Shown: one piece after another, positions 23,608-36,735 of the stretch | Numbering within the stretch: position 1 is the stretch's first letter | Layout of the letters: every line of letters starts with the position of its first letter | NCBI RefSeq assembly: GCF_964213995.1 | Contig: NC_135830.1 | Location: 16,058,001-16,122,000 of the forward strand | Length of the DNA stretch: 64,000 nt | Reading direction: 5' to 3' | From: Mustelus asterias | Lineage: Eukaryota | Made by a program: the position numbers and the translations under genes | The notes under the pieces: model-generated | Database searches by the model: none | Seen by the model: the letters and a program-made list of their open reading frames with translations, nothing else | What the model was told of the DNA's origin: nothing

Positions 23608-25049
23608 CGCTCTGCTGCCTGGAACTGAGGTTTATATGACGGGGAGCTGAGACTGCAGAGCTGGACTGCTCTTGGAGACTGGACCTCAGAGCTGAATTGA
23701 AATACTTCAGACCCGAACACTGGTAAGATAGGCCACGCCCATCCTTCAAATTAAGTTCAAGGATTTAAATGGTGAATGCAGCTGTGAACTTTCAGTCAAA
23801 ACTACCCGGCAGCCAGAACACAGAGACTCATCCCGCTACCCACAGCAGTGTCTGCCATGCTCTACTTGCTCTCGAGTAGATTATTTATTGTTATTAATTC
23901 AGGGGATGTGGGCTTGGCTGGCGATGGCAGCAGACATTGCCAATCTCTAATTGCCCTTGATAAGATGCTGGTGAACTGCGTTCTTGAACGGTTGCAGTCC
24001 CTGCGGTGTAAGTACACCCTCCGCACGATTCGGGAGGGAATTCCAGAATATTAACCGAGACCGACGGACAGTAAAGGAACGGAGGATATTTCTAAGTCTG
24101 GATAGTGGTGGTGTTCGCATGGCCTTCTAAATTGTAGCTGTTTTGTGTCTGAAATGAAGCGCCTAAGGAGGCTTGGTGAGTTCCTGCAGTTCATCGTGTA
24201 CATGGTACAGAAGGTTGCCACTGTGCATCGTTGGTGGAGCGAGTGAATGCTGGTGAAAGCGGCACCAATCAAACGGGGCTGCTTTGTCCTGAATGCAACG
24301 CCCTGTAAATTGGAATCTCAGTGTGCAACTTTAGAACCACCTCCTTTGTCTGAGTAAGAAGGACAGCTTCACTGGAGGCGCATCCGACTAATTGTACTTC
24401 CTGTGTTATTCAGAGCAGCTGACTCAGTTTACACTCCTTATTCGCCGGAGTCAAACAGCGGCTGATAGGATCAAATGAGATCAAACCCACAATAGAGATA
24501 TTAACTGCGAAACAGCGGGATACTTAGGAGGATTCGAACAGTTGGATTCTAGTTCGACTTCCGGAACCCTTCAAAGTCTGTGGGAAATTTAATTTTAAGG
24601 GAACAAAAATGTGAAAGAATTTATGGGTTCCCCTTTTGATTCTTGTTCTGAAGCTCGATGAGTCCTTTAGCTTGCAATAGAACGAAGTTTTGTCACATAA
24701 CTATTGAACGAGGGGTGGGTGTGTAAACAAGGAGTGAACATTGGGGCATTTAAGGGGATAATAGAGGATGGATGGATGAACGGACCGACAGTAGGATGAA
24801 TGGAGGGACGGACGGATGCGAGTTTTGAATGACCATTCACTTTGATTGAGTGAAATTTACAATAGTTTGCTGCAGTGAAAAATTAGGTAATTGGAGGGAA
24901 AGAACATTGGATGTATGTATGGAAGACGCTGAAGGTGTTGGTTCAAATTGCACTTTAAAAACTATATAGAATTCGTGCCTCTATTTATAATGTGCAAATA
25001 CAAAAACAAAAGGTTTTTTCACAGGTAAACAGGCTTCACTTGAAGTATG

Positions 25050-25485
25050 TCAATCACGAGAGAAAGAGAGTTAATGTTTCGAGCCCAAATGATCCTTCTA
25101 CAGAATCTGAACAAAAGTCATATGGACTCCAGATGTTAACTCTGCTTCTGTCTTCACAGATGCTGTAAGAAGTCTCACGTTGTTTGTATCTTAAAGACTT
25201 GATTAGCTGTAAGTATTCGCATTCCAACCATTATTCATGTAAATTGAGTCTGTGTCTTTATATGCCCTGTTTGTGAACAGAATTCCCACTCATCTGAAGA
25301 AGGGGCTTGGAGCTCCGAAAGCTTGTGTGGCTTTTGCTACCAAATAAACCTGTTGGACTTTAACCTGGTGTTGTTAAACGTCTTACTGCGTTTACCCCAG
25401 TCCAATGCCGGCATCTCCACATCATGCCTACCATTCACAGATGCTGCCAGACCGGCTGAGTTTATGCAGAAGATTCTGTTTCCAA
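25050..25485. mobile_element. Nested Penelope-terminus fragments with a hammerhead motif
   Basis: ctgaagaaggggcttggagctccgaaagctt at 25291-25327 and the aaataaacctgttggactttaacctggtgttg terminus. Confidence 0.65.
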
Positions 25486-25758
25486 ATGCTGATTGAAAGG
25501 TTAGTTAAAGTAAATTTTATCTCAACTGTTAAGAAATTGCATGAATATTTGAAGGCAATAGATTTTCAGCGCTATGCGGAAAGAACAGACTGCGGGATAA
25601 AATAGTAACTCCATCGTCTGTCAATGCGGGCAATATGTACTGAATATTCTCGTTATTTTTTGTAACATTCAATGATTCAATGTCGAGGAGAATGAATGAA
25701 TTTTGACTGAGGTTCCCCATATCTAAACATGTATTTATTTTCTGGTTACCATTTGAAG

Positions 25759-26102
25759 GACTGTGTTATTCTGATACTGTGAAGCAAACTGCACCGTCAC
25801 TATTATGTTTGGAGCAAGAACCTATTCATTGCCCTATTCATTCTCCATAGCCAGTCGCCGCTATGATCTGCTCTAGTACCGACAAAAACCGAGGGAAGAG
25901 CCGGTATTTTTAATCAAAAGGAATTCGGAGGGAGAAACAGAGAAAGTTGAGCGTGTGGGAGGCCGATTTTCTTCAACGCTCTGAGTATTGGATCGTTTCT
26001 TCAGTTTAACCTTGACAGACATACAGCTGAGTGACATTGGGGTGTATTATTGTGCGCTGATCATTCGCAGTGATACAAACTAACAAACTAACTACGGAAA
26101 CT
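25759..26102 (+). pseudogene. TCR alpha/delta V pseudogene with defective RSS
   Basis: CYSDTVKQ...L*YRQKPREEPVFL...GGRFSSTL*...LSDIGVYYCAL with stops and a frameshift; RSS cgcagtg-21-acggaaact. Confidence 0.85.
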
Positions 26103-26923
26103 ATCACTGGAATGCCATATCAGCCGAATGATGGAAGCTCAGTTTGTGAAATCTGAACCTTCACCTCTGGCAGCTGCAGAATCAGACCGAGACCGTTTAT
26201 TGCTGTGTGAATGTAGTCGAAAATAGAGTTAATCGATGTGAAAAGACATTCTGAATGATTGAGCTCCTGACAAAATAGGGCGAGGGAAAGGCAAGGAAAA
26301 ATAAACAGGAAGATAGAACGGCAGCGAAAAAAGGGAGTAAAAGGCCGTGAGACACAAAGAGGTAGCGCGCGGGATGCCAGAGAGTTAAAGAAAGACTCTC
26401 TGAGAGTTAGGATCAGAAAAATAGAAAATAAGAAAGTAAGAAGAATATATAGAAGTGGGAGAGAGAGAAATAGAGAGATAATAAGAGAGAGCGAGACAGG
26501 GCCTTAGACAAAGACAGAGAGGCAAAAATGCAGTCTAATATCATCTTATTCGATTTCTGATGTGTGATTATATTTTATCAGTGGCTCCACTAAATATAAT
26601 CACACATCAGTGGAATAAGATCAGTGGCCCCAGGAAATAAATCACAGACCTCAGTAAAGACAGTTAACTTACTGGTTTGAGTGGACTCACTGAATGACTG
26701 ACCACGAGGAAATATTTAATCCTGTCTGTGAAAGAACATCAGCTCACCCAGGACCCGCATTTGAATCTGATTTAAATATCTGGCGGGTATCTTGTGGATT
26801 GCGTCATTGCCGGCAAATGATTGCAGGAGGAAGAGATTTTGACCAAATCAATCCTGTGTGGGTTTTTAAACTGCTCCGGGTTTGACATTGTAAAGGGAGA
26901 GAGGATCGGGCTCGGCAGCGGCC

Positions 26924-27407
26924 GTGCAGATATTCAGAGTCTGGATTGTGTTTGGGATAATTTTTGACGGTGAGGACGATTTCAACAGTGTTCCATTCAA
27001 ATTAAAGTTTTACTTTTTTGTTAATGCCCATCTTGTCTTGTTCCTGAACACATTACAAATCAGAGTGATGGAGATTCAATTCCTCAGTCCATCGCATCAG
27101 TGAGCGTGAAAGAAGCTGAAGCCGTGACTATAAAATGTATCTATAGCACTACAGAAGAAAGGTATTATGTATATTGGTACTTGCAGCAAGCAACGAAAGA
27201 GCCCCAGTTTGTTGTGTGGAGATGGTCTTGTGATGTTGTGGAATGGAAAGGCTCGGCGTTAGGAAATCGTTTTGCATCAGACCTCTAGCTGTCAGACTCC
27301 ACCACAAGATTAACCATCATGGACCTGCAACCGACTAACGCCGCCGTTTATTACTGCGCCCTGGGACTCACAGTAATAGAAAACAGTACCTACGCTGTAC
27401 AAAAACT
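26924..27407 (+). pseudogene. TCR alpha/delta V pseudogene (leader 26924-26969, V about 27059-27368, 23-RSS 27369-27407)
   Basis: Leader starts GTG rather than ATG; GDSIPQSIASVSVKEAEAVTIKCIY..VYWYLQ..RFASDL* (TAG 27286-27288)..AVYYCALG; RSS cacagta-23-acaaaaact. Confidence 0.9.
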
Positions 27408-27534
27408 GTCTTCCGATTGAAACTGCGATTCCTGCCTGGTGAGATTGTCTAAAATCTCGGAAAGGTGCAGTCACAACGAGGCTGTCAGCCACTCAAACAC
27501 ATAGAGGGGAATTCAATTACCCTCTGTTAATTGA

Positions 27535-28460
27535 TACATAGAAACATAGAAACTAGAAGCAGGAGTAGGCAATTCGGCCCTTCAAGCCTGCTCCGCCATT
27601 CATATTGATCACAGCTGATCATCAAATCCAATATCCTGGTTACCCCCTTCCTCCCACATCCCTTGATTCCCTTTAGCGCCAAGAGTTATATCTAATTTCA
27701 TCTTGAAATCAGACAACGTTTTGACCTCAAATACATTCGCTGATAGGGAATTCCACCCATTCACCTCCCCCCGAATGAAGACATTTCTCCTCACTTCAGT
27801 TCTAAATAGTTTACCCCTTACCCTCAAATATGACTCCTAATTCTGGAATTCCACACCATTGGGAACATTCTTTCTGAATCTATCCTGTCTCATCCTGTTA
27901 GAAGTTTCAAAGTTTCTATGAGATCCCCTCTCACTCTTCTAAACTCCAATGAATATATTCGTAACCGACTTAATCTCTCCTCTTAGAACAGACCTGCCTT
28001 CACAGGAATCAGCCTGGTAAACCTTCGCTGTACTCCCTCGATAACAAGGACATCCTTGCTCAGATAAGGGCACCAAAACAGTACTCCAGGTGTGGCCTCG
28101 CCAACGCCCGATAGAATTGCAGCAAAACATCCCTATCCCTATACTCAAATCCTGTCGCTATGAAGCCAACATACCATTTGCCTTCTTTACTGCCTGCTGT
28201 ACCTGCGTGCTTAATTTCAGCTATTAATGCTCAATGTCCAAGGTCTCGTTGAGTATCCAGCTCTTTCAATTTATACCCATTCAAGTAAAAATCTGTCTTC
28301 CTATTTTTGCTATCAAAGTGGATAACCTCAAATTGATCCACATTATATTGCATCTGCCATGCACATGCCCGCCCACTCAGCCTGCCCAAATCACACTGAA
28401 GCATCTCTGCATCCTCTTCACAGCTCACCCTCCCACCCAACATTTTATCACCTGCAAACA
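27535..28460 (-). mobile_element. CR1 LINE 3' fragment
   Basis: (catagaaa) tail and degenerate RT C-terminus. Confidence 0.85.
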
Positions 28461-29619
28461 GCAGATCGGGTAGATAATCCCAAAAACTCTTTGTCGCTTA
28501 CATCGCGCCTGTCGATGCCGGTCACATTCAGAAGCTAACTGTTTTCCATTGCACTACATTGCTTTATGATATACTGTAACATTTCCATGATTGCTGTTCT
28601 CCATCTTTTACTCAGTTCTCACCGCTTTACAACGCCCCCTCTCTAACTCCCACACAGGGAGCACAATAACAGCTGAAAATCTCGAGTTTAATGCTGCCAT
28701 CTTCACGATTTCTTAACAAGCATTTGTCAGAACAAAATGCTCTTGTTTGCAAACAGCCAGATAAATTTCTGTTGAAATCATATATTTCATCAGAATTTTT
28801 TCCTGATTGGTATAATTGACATCCTGTGGCTTTCATTGTCCTTTGCTCAAAGAATAGCAACGAGGTCATTGAAAACGCTCTTGTGTAAAAGGTGGATGAC
28901 GAGAAGGTGGAGGATGAAGCTTGAGCAGGTTAATGAGACAAATGACCTTAAAGCTGTTTGGAATCCAGTCAAATGTTGCACGCTAGGAATTAGGTACAGA
29001 AACCCCAATTTGGTTATTTGAAAAGTTAGCGCCCCAGGGCCGGGCCTAAGGCCCAGTCAGGCAATTGGCCTTGTTTGGGCGAATGTTGAGTGGGAAACCG
29101 AAAATGATGTGTGCAGGCCCGCAAGTTGCAATATTTATTATTGCTGCCAACCATGACGGACAGAGAAGGACGGCCGAGTCCCTCCAGTCTGCCCACAATA
29201 AAAATGACATAAATCTGAAGTGCAGTCACTATTGCAATGGAGGAAAGAGTCGCTATGAACAGAGCAAGATCCCTCGTCACGTGGTCATCTGTTGCAGATT
29301 GTCGACTGGCGTTTGAATGTCTTGGAAAATTGCCCTGCTTTAGAGGCTAGTGCGGTGAAATGTTTAGGATCCTCCAGAAAGGCCAGACGGAGCCTCTATT
29401 TAGTAGTTTATCTGAGCAATTCACTGCGGAGACGCTCGGACTCCATTACCACTGGCAGTGGAAGTGGCAGCTAGAATGTGCGCTCAGGTCTCTGAAGGGA
29501 CACCTGAATCCACAGTTTCATGAATAAGAGGCGATTGAATTGAGAAATGTAACAGTTAACACGGAACTGCAGATAGAACTTGAACTGGCGACACCACCTG
29601 TGCCAGTTCTGTTTGATGA

Positions 29620-30094
29620 GGTTTTTGTACAGCGATAGATGACCTCTGTGTCTCTCAACACGCAGAAATAGACAGCGATATCTTGGATTTCTGCTCGAGT
29701 AATAGTTAAAGAAAAAATATTTTCTGCATTCGTCTGACTGGCCTCGAATTTTCCCTTGGCAAAACCTGCGTCTCTTCTGTTGCTTCAATCTCGGTACAAA
29801 ATAAAATGCGGAGCCTGGTCCGTGTGCTCTCTGTAAAGAAAGGGATTTCTGTGACTTGTCGTGTAGCTGCAGTCCATTTTCATTCTGTCTCCTTCAGTAA
29901 TAGACAATTCAATCTGAGGTTGCGCCACAGAATCTGCTTGAATCAACCCTGAATAAAATATAAGGAAAGTTTAATGCAACACTGATTGCTGAGTCCATTA
30001 ACATCACAATACTGCCAGCAGATAAGAAGTTATTGTTTTACATACCGAACACCAGCCACAATATAACCAGATGACAAAACCAGAAGAGCCCCAT
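29620..30094 (-). pseudogene. TCR alpha/delta V pseudogene (leader 30046-30094, V 29651-29948)
   Basis: MGLFWFCHLVILWLVF|gtatgt; ADSVAQPQIELSITEGDRMKMDCSY..(Trp missing)..YRD*..QDIAVYFCVLR; RSS cacagag with only a 15-bp spacer and acaaaaacc. Confidence 0.9.
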
Positions 30095-31401
30095 TATTTC
30101 TTGGCCAGTGATCTCCTTGAATCGTATGTTTGGAGATATAGATATATTTACTATTGCAATCCTTTAAATTAAGCGACTGTTGTACAGAAAGCTAAAACAG
30201 AAGGAGAGGAAGAGTCCCGGGAAATTGTTTACCAATATAAAGTCGCAATGTGATAACTGGGTAGCAGCATGTTAACAAGAGTGCTGACTGGTCAGATACC
30301 ATCTCTCTAGTTCCTGTTCCACCATCTGATCGCGTCACTGCTCTGGGCGGCACTTGTGTTTGGAATTCAGCCCCGCCCCTTCCCTCCTCACGCTACTTGT
30401 TCAGAAAAGAATACATTTGGCCATGTAATCTGTCATTGAACTTTATTATAGATGCAAAGAAATGAAAATGGTGAATGAGAGAAACTGGCAGAGCGGCAAC
30501 AGTCCTGAAATAGAGGAAAAATGCAGAGCAAACAAGACACAAATGAAAAAGGAAAGGATGAGTTATGCAAACGGAGGAATAAATTATGTGCTGATATTCA
30601 TAAGGTGCCATATATTTTTGTGTTGTTCTATCTCTTCGCGAGTTATCGGCGATTATAGCAAGGCCACTATTTATTGTCCATCGCGAACTTCACATAAATA
30701 CGTTGTGCTCTCATCCTGAGTACCACGCCAGTGTGACTGTTGAAGGTGCTTCCACGATGTTATTCTGGAGGCACTTCTAAGATTTTGAACGAGAGACAAA
30801 AACAGGAACGGTTGTTTATGCCGGAGTTAGGATTGGATATGATTTATTGAATCACTGGATAAAACGACACAGAAGGAAAGCATTCGGCTAAGTTGTTTGT
30901 ACTTCTAATCTGCAAGAGCTATTCCTTCAGATCAGATACATATTATTTGTCCTCTACTTTGGTCTTTTTCCAACGTGCTGTTGCTTCTATTTATCACTGC
31001 ATATGCCTCCACCAGTCTTTCAGGCAGTGTTTTGAAGATCATAAGGCGTGCTTTGAACATAATCATAAATTTCTCCAGCATTTCTATTTACCGATGATCT
31101 TTAATCAGTATCTTCTCATTGTCATCCCTGCTGCCCATGTAAATAATTCCTCGTCATATATTAGTTAAAACCCTTTCATTAATTTTGACACTTCATTTTA
31201 AATTCACGTGAACCTTCTCTTTTCCAAAGGAACAATTCAGTTTCTCTATTCACTAAGCGGAAGTGATGCCTACAATCCTCGACAACAATTTGTCAGAACA
31301 AAACTGTTAGTTTTTTAAATCATCATATAAACGAGGGATTTTATTTTTCGTGGTTGGAAGATGCCTTTGTTGAACTCCCCGGTTTCGTTGTGTTTTAACG
31401 A

Positions 31402-31732
31402 GGTTTTTGCATGGGTCGCAGCCGGTTTGAAGCACCATGATACTCAATCCACAGAAATAGAAGACGCTGTCTTTAGTCTCCATTTGCAAAACTTGACAAA
31501 GAGAAAACCTGATATTGAATGAAATATCGAGCATCGAATTTTCCTTTGGAAAACACGGTGTTCTTGCGCCTGGTGTTATCCCGATACAATATAAACTGGA
31601 GCGGCTGGTTCGGGTACAGCCCGTGCTAGTAGCAATCCGGATCAACGGAACTGGAGTTCAATTGCACATCAGCTCCCTCAGGTACCTTTAACTTAGGTTG
31701 ACATTGTGTAACCGAATTCCATTGTATTTTAC
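31402..31732 (-). pseudogene. TCR alpha/delta V pseudogene, related to the V at 29651
   Basis: NSVTQCQPKLKVPEGADVQLNS..CY*..QPLQFILYRDN..FSKGKF..frameshift..KDSVFYFCGLS; RSS catggtg-22-gcaaaaacc. Confidence 0.85.
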
Positions 31733-32391
31733 CTGCAAAATAACATTTAAAACATTAGAAAACCGCTTTGTTGATTACGAGCGTATCTCTCCCTCTTCGA
31801 AAATAAGGACAATCAATCGCAATCTAACTATTACAGGAGGCATTTGGATTATGTACCCGAGAGAAAGGAGTACATCTCAATATTTGGATAGTATAGGGGA
31901 CAGACTGACAATTCACATCAATGAAGGCTTCACATATTCCTTTATACCCATTAAAAAGGAGATGAGGGAAAGTTGAATAGATGTCATTTCTACAGTGCTG
32001 CCAATATATTCCAGAATCTAACGTGCAATTCTTTTTGACCACGTGCCCACAGTGAGTTTAGTTTCCTTGAGACACGATCATTCCGTTGATGCTCCGAAAC
32101 GCTTTTCAGAACAAACAGCAGAAATGCCTCCGTGAAAGATAGAAACAAAAAACACACATGAGCGCTGGTCCGTTTCGATCGAAAGTATCACGCATGTGCG
32201 TGCTGAGGGGATGGTCTAGTGTAGTGTTAGTTGACACAGAAAGCAGAGTAATATAAACAGACAAATAATCCAGTGTTTTATAAATAAATGCAAGGTACCT
32301 TGCTGCATTAATGAATGCAAACCTTGTGTAATATAAACATAATCAGTGTCCAATACATTTTAACAGGAACGTATTCTAGTAAAGCACTAAA

Positions 32392-32392
32392 T

Positions 32393-32435
<43 letters not shown>

Positions 32436-32466
32436 TATGTATGTGTGTGTGTGGGTGTGTGTGTAT
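32392..32466. repeat. Compound (TA)n(GA)n(TG)n microsatellite
   Basis: Seen directly. Confidence 0.9.
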
Positions 32467-33244
32467 GCTGTAATTGTATTTTTAAAATAATGGATCAGGT
32501 ATGGGCGTCACTGGTCAGACCTGGATTTATTGTCCATCCCTAGTTGCTCTTGAGAAGGTGGTGTTCCGCTGCCTTCTTGAACCTCTGCTGTCCCCGAGGT
32601 GTAGGTACACGCACAGTGCTGTTAGGAATCTGAGGAAGCGTCTGGTATAATTGAAACAAAGACATGGTTTAGTTCTGATTTAATTGACACAGAGACGATG
32701 TTTACGGACTGACAATCATTTAGGAATGGAAAAACATATCTTCTTCATTGCAGTAACTACTGATACAGGGTATAGTGTATTCAGGACGCGGACATGTCTA
32801 CTACAGTAATAACTGCGACAGAGACGGGACTTATATCGACAAGATACACCTTTTTCTAATGTAAGTAGTGCATTGTCTTGTGCTGTAATAAGTGAGCGAG
32901 GTCCAAGCGCAATATTAGCAGCTGCCAAGCTAGAAACAGGGCACAGCAATACAGCACGGTAACGACATAAGTTACAGATAAGGAGACATGGTGCAGAAAT
33001 AATAGACAACTCGGCAAATGACATGTGCAATATCCAATACAACAGAAATGTAGACAAGCTCTGTACTGTCGTAGAAACAGAGGCAGGGCCTAGTCTTTTA
33101 AAAACAGATACATATTCTGGTGCACGCATAGCTGAGGCAGGGTTTTACTGAAATATAAACTGAGGTAATTTGCGTGCATTAATAACTGAGGGAGGATGAT
33201 TGTAATATACACATTTGAACGGCATAACATTAATAGATAGAACA

Positions 33245-33590
33245 CGGCACCCTAGCACAGTGGTTAGCACAGCTGCTTCACAGCTCCAGGGACCTGGGTT
33301 CGATTCCCGGCTTGGGTCACGGTCTGTCTGGAGTTTGCACATTCTCCTCGTGTCTGCGTGGGTTTCCTCCGGGTGCTCCGGTTTCCTCCCACAGTCCAAA
33401 GATGTGCGGGTTAGATTGATTGGCCATGCTAAAATTGCCCCTTAGTGTCCTAGGATGCGTAGATTAGAGGGATTAGCGGGTAAAATATATAGGGATATGG
33501 GGGTAGGGCCTGGGTGGGATTGTGGTCGTTGCAGACTTGATGGGCCGAACGGCCTCTTTCTGTACTGTAGGGTTTCTATGGTTTCTATGC
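33245..33590 (+). mobile_element. HE1-like SINE, near full length
   Basis: tRNA-like head (cagtggttagcac...gggttcgattcccgg), V-SINE core gtttcctccgggtgctccggtttcctcccacagtccaaaga, and CR1-like tail. Confidence 0.88.
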
Positions 33591-36241
33591 GACCATATAG
33601 TGTGATACAAACAGGGTGCGATATGAGCAGAGAGAGAATCTTATGCAGCAGAAATTGGGAATGGCCTTAAGCATTATGAACAATAACTTGTTCTCGTGCA
33701 CTAAGTAATGCAGGCCTAAGACTAACACAAGGAAAGCAATGAATCAGGTCCCAGTGTAATAAATCTGCAGCATAATTCAGTGCACTTATGTCAAAGAACT
33801 GGCCAACTGTAACATTAACAGAGATGTGCTCTATAGAAGCCGATTCTTCTCTAATGCAAACAGGGACACAGTTGAGCTGAGTGCATGGAAAAGGGACGAT
33901 CTGACTTTACATTATCATGGAGTGATACCATATAGTATAAACAGAAAGTTGTCGAGTGTAATATGAAATCAGGCAATGGCCTCAGGAAACGTGGGCAGGG
34001 AGAACGTCCAGTTTAATAATAAATTAGCTAAGACATATAATAAAATGTAAAGATATATTTTGCTGCTTACAACAGACACAAACCCTCAGTTAAGCACAAG
34101 GATGATCCAATGAAGTATTACATGAGGCAGGATCTGGTTGTTATCACCAGAAGCCTACTCGTATGCCAAAATAAAGAGGACTTCTTGCAATATCAACAGA
34201 AATACATCTGGTGCAAAGTGACTAGAGACATTGCCTGATAGAGCAAAAACTGGGAGAGGACCTCCTTTAAAAATCATTGACATGGGAAAGGTCGACAGTC
34301 TGGAAACATAGCTTGAACCAACTGCCACCAGGTGGACGTAGACTGCTATGACACGAGTTTCTCTGACCTCGACTGCTGATGGATGTCTCCGGTAAACGTA
34401 GATTTGGCTGAGCACCAATTTCTCTGTTCTCGTTCGCAGCGCAATTCCGACCAAACTCTTTCACCCAGGCCCGAACAACGTAGTGTACAGATGTCAGGAC
34501 TCCCCTGAACAAGGCCTTGGCCTGCCTCTCCAGTTCAGAATGGAGCCACTCTCAACTGTCGTCCCCAGAACATTACAAGATTTATAAATATAAAGATTTA
34601 AATTCAAATTTGGATAAAATAAATTGAAGGATTGGAAAAATAAAAGTACATCTATCTGAAGGGGTTTTTGATATGCGAATTAGCAAAGCAGCAGGGAAAC
34701 AATTGTTTACATGAGTAACTATGGATTGAAATGAAGAGTTGTACTTAAGATAGCATAACATCAAAAGGAATGGAAACTATAGCCATGGGAGCAGAGTACA
34801 GGAGGAGAGGCTTAGCGGCTACAATAGCCACAGCCATCTGTAGGAAGCAGACTCTGCAGAAAGGCAATGTACTGAAATAAGCTGCTGTAAAAAAACTCTA
34901 ACACAGAAGAACCGCTACGCGGGACTGAAAAAAGTTTTCCCAAACCGAAAAGTAACCTGTGGGTGGTCACTGTAATCTGCATTAAACTCATAGTCATATA
35001 ATTTCGAATGATGTTCGGGAGAGGGGCAGTTCTCAGAGGTCAGGAAACTGGACAGCTGGGAAAAGGGGTCAACCTCATGAGATACTTTGTGTGTGCAGCC
35101 ATCATTGAAGTTAACGGTTCTGCTGAAGTGCCTTTTTTGATGTGTGCCTGCTTTAATTTAATAATTATCCATTACTAATTATTTGCAACAAGGCTGGGCC
35201 ATGTCTCACTCATTTCCTTTTTTATATACGTTATGTCAAATTGAAAATTTCCACAACAAAAAATTGGTGTTCCAAATAATTCTTGTGTACTTTGGGATGC
35301 CCTCACATTTAACATCAGAGAGGTTCTTAACAAACACCACAGCATTGGGTGCCTTTACAGGTTAAATTGAATCGAGGAGTTAGCTGCCCCATAATGTTCC
35401 GAGAGATCAATTTTCTTTCTCAGGAGGTCAACCTTCCGGCCTCAGAATTTCTATTTACCGAAAATAACCCTATCCACCACTCTCGTAGGCAAAGTGTTCT
35501 GGGTGCTTAGTACTCACTGCGGAAAAATGTTCCTCCTCCATCGTCCTCACCCCCTCTGTCCATTGCCCATAACCTTAAAAATATGTTCCCTTCCATACCC
35601 CTACCCTATCTTCCGTTAGCACCACCAGCTAATGGGAACATCTTTCCTTTATCTACCTGAGCGAAACCTGGCCTAATTTCATCCACCTCGATTACATCTC
35701 TCCTCAATCTCCTCCGCTCCCTTGGAGAACACCTACAGCATCATCACCTTCTGGCTAATTTGTGAACGTTTCAAAACGAAACTTATTCAAAGATATTTCT
35801 CCATGGGGTTTAACTAGAATTGGTCAACTTTTGAAAAACTGGTATCGAACTGAAATATCTTGTGAACTTCTTAGCACTAAACAGACTTAAATAAATTCTT
35901 CCCTCGTATTTGACAAGTGTTGGTCAACTTTTTCGAAACTCGTTTCAGCATTTTCCAAAGTAACTTTTCCATACCATCATCCAGGCGGCTCCAACTTTTT
36001 AAAAAATAGCTTAAACTTATCAAAATGTTTTCCAAACAATATAGCAAAAGTTCGTTAAAAAAAGCTCGTTTTAAACATATTTAAGGCTCATCTTTCAGTA
36101 GAATTTAACTTTAAATACACGGTTTATGTTGAAAAACTAAGATAAATCTCTCCAGAGAAATTTATCTGAGTTGGTCTAAAGTTATTAAAGACAGTCATCA
36201 AAAGTAACATGAAATTTGTAAACTTCTTTTAAAAGTTGCAC

Positions 36242-36314
36242 CGAACAAGTCAGAAATCGAACTTGGAACCATCTACCCCATAGTCAGACACTTCATCCAT
36301 TGCGCCACTGGCCC
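36242..36314 (-). pseudogene. tRNA-Arg(ACG) pseudogene
   Basis: 73 nt gggccagtggcgcaatggatgaagtgtctgactatgggg...gttcgatt... aligns with vertebrate tRNA-Arg-ACG as recalled; anticodon changed to ATG and stems mismatched. Confidence 0.75.
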
Positions 36315-36565
36315 ATATGCAAATGTATGGCAGTTGTTCCATATTGGCTCGACGCTTCGGAATAGGGCAGAAGCTTTGTCAAAATTATTTGTTTACTTAT
36401 GAGGATAGGTTCCATCATTGTGATTTTCTTTATTCATTTGTAGTCATCCCTAATTGCCCTTGAATTGAATTGCTGAGTTAATCTGCCATGTTGCAATTAA
36501 AGACAATAATTCTGTCCAACCACTAACCACTCCCCTCACTGGATCAATAATCGAATATTACTTGA

Positions 36566-36735
36566 GGTGGAGATGTCCGGCGTTGGACTGGGGTGGGCAA
36601 AGTAAGAAGTCTCACATCAGGTTAAAGTCCATCACGTTTATTCGGAATTTCGAGCTTTCGGAGTGCTGCTCCTTCATCAGGTGAGTGATTCCAAATAAAC
36701 CCTTTGGACTTTAAGCTGGTGTGAGACTTCTTACT
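36566..36735. mobile_element. Short palindromic Penelope-derived element with a hammerhead motif
   Basis: TSD gaatattacttga / gaattttacttga; minus-strand ctgatga-aggagcagcactcc-gaaagctc at about 36650-36683. Confidence 0.75.
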
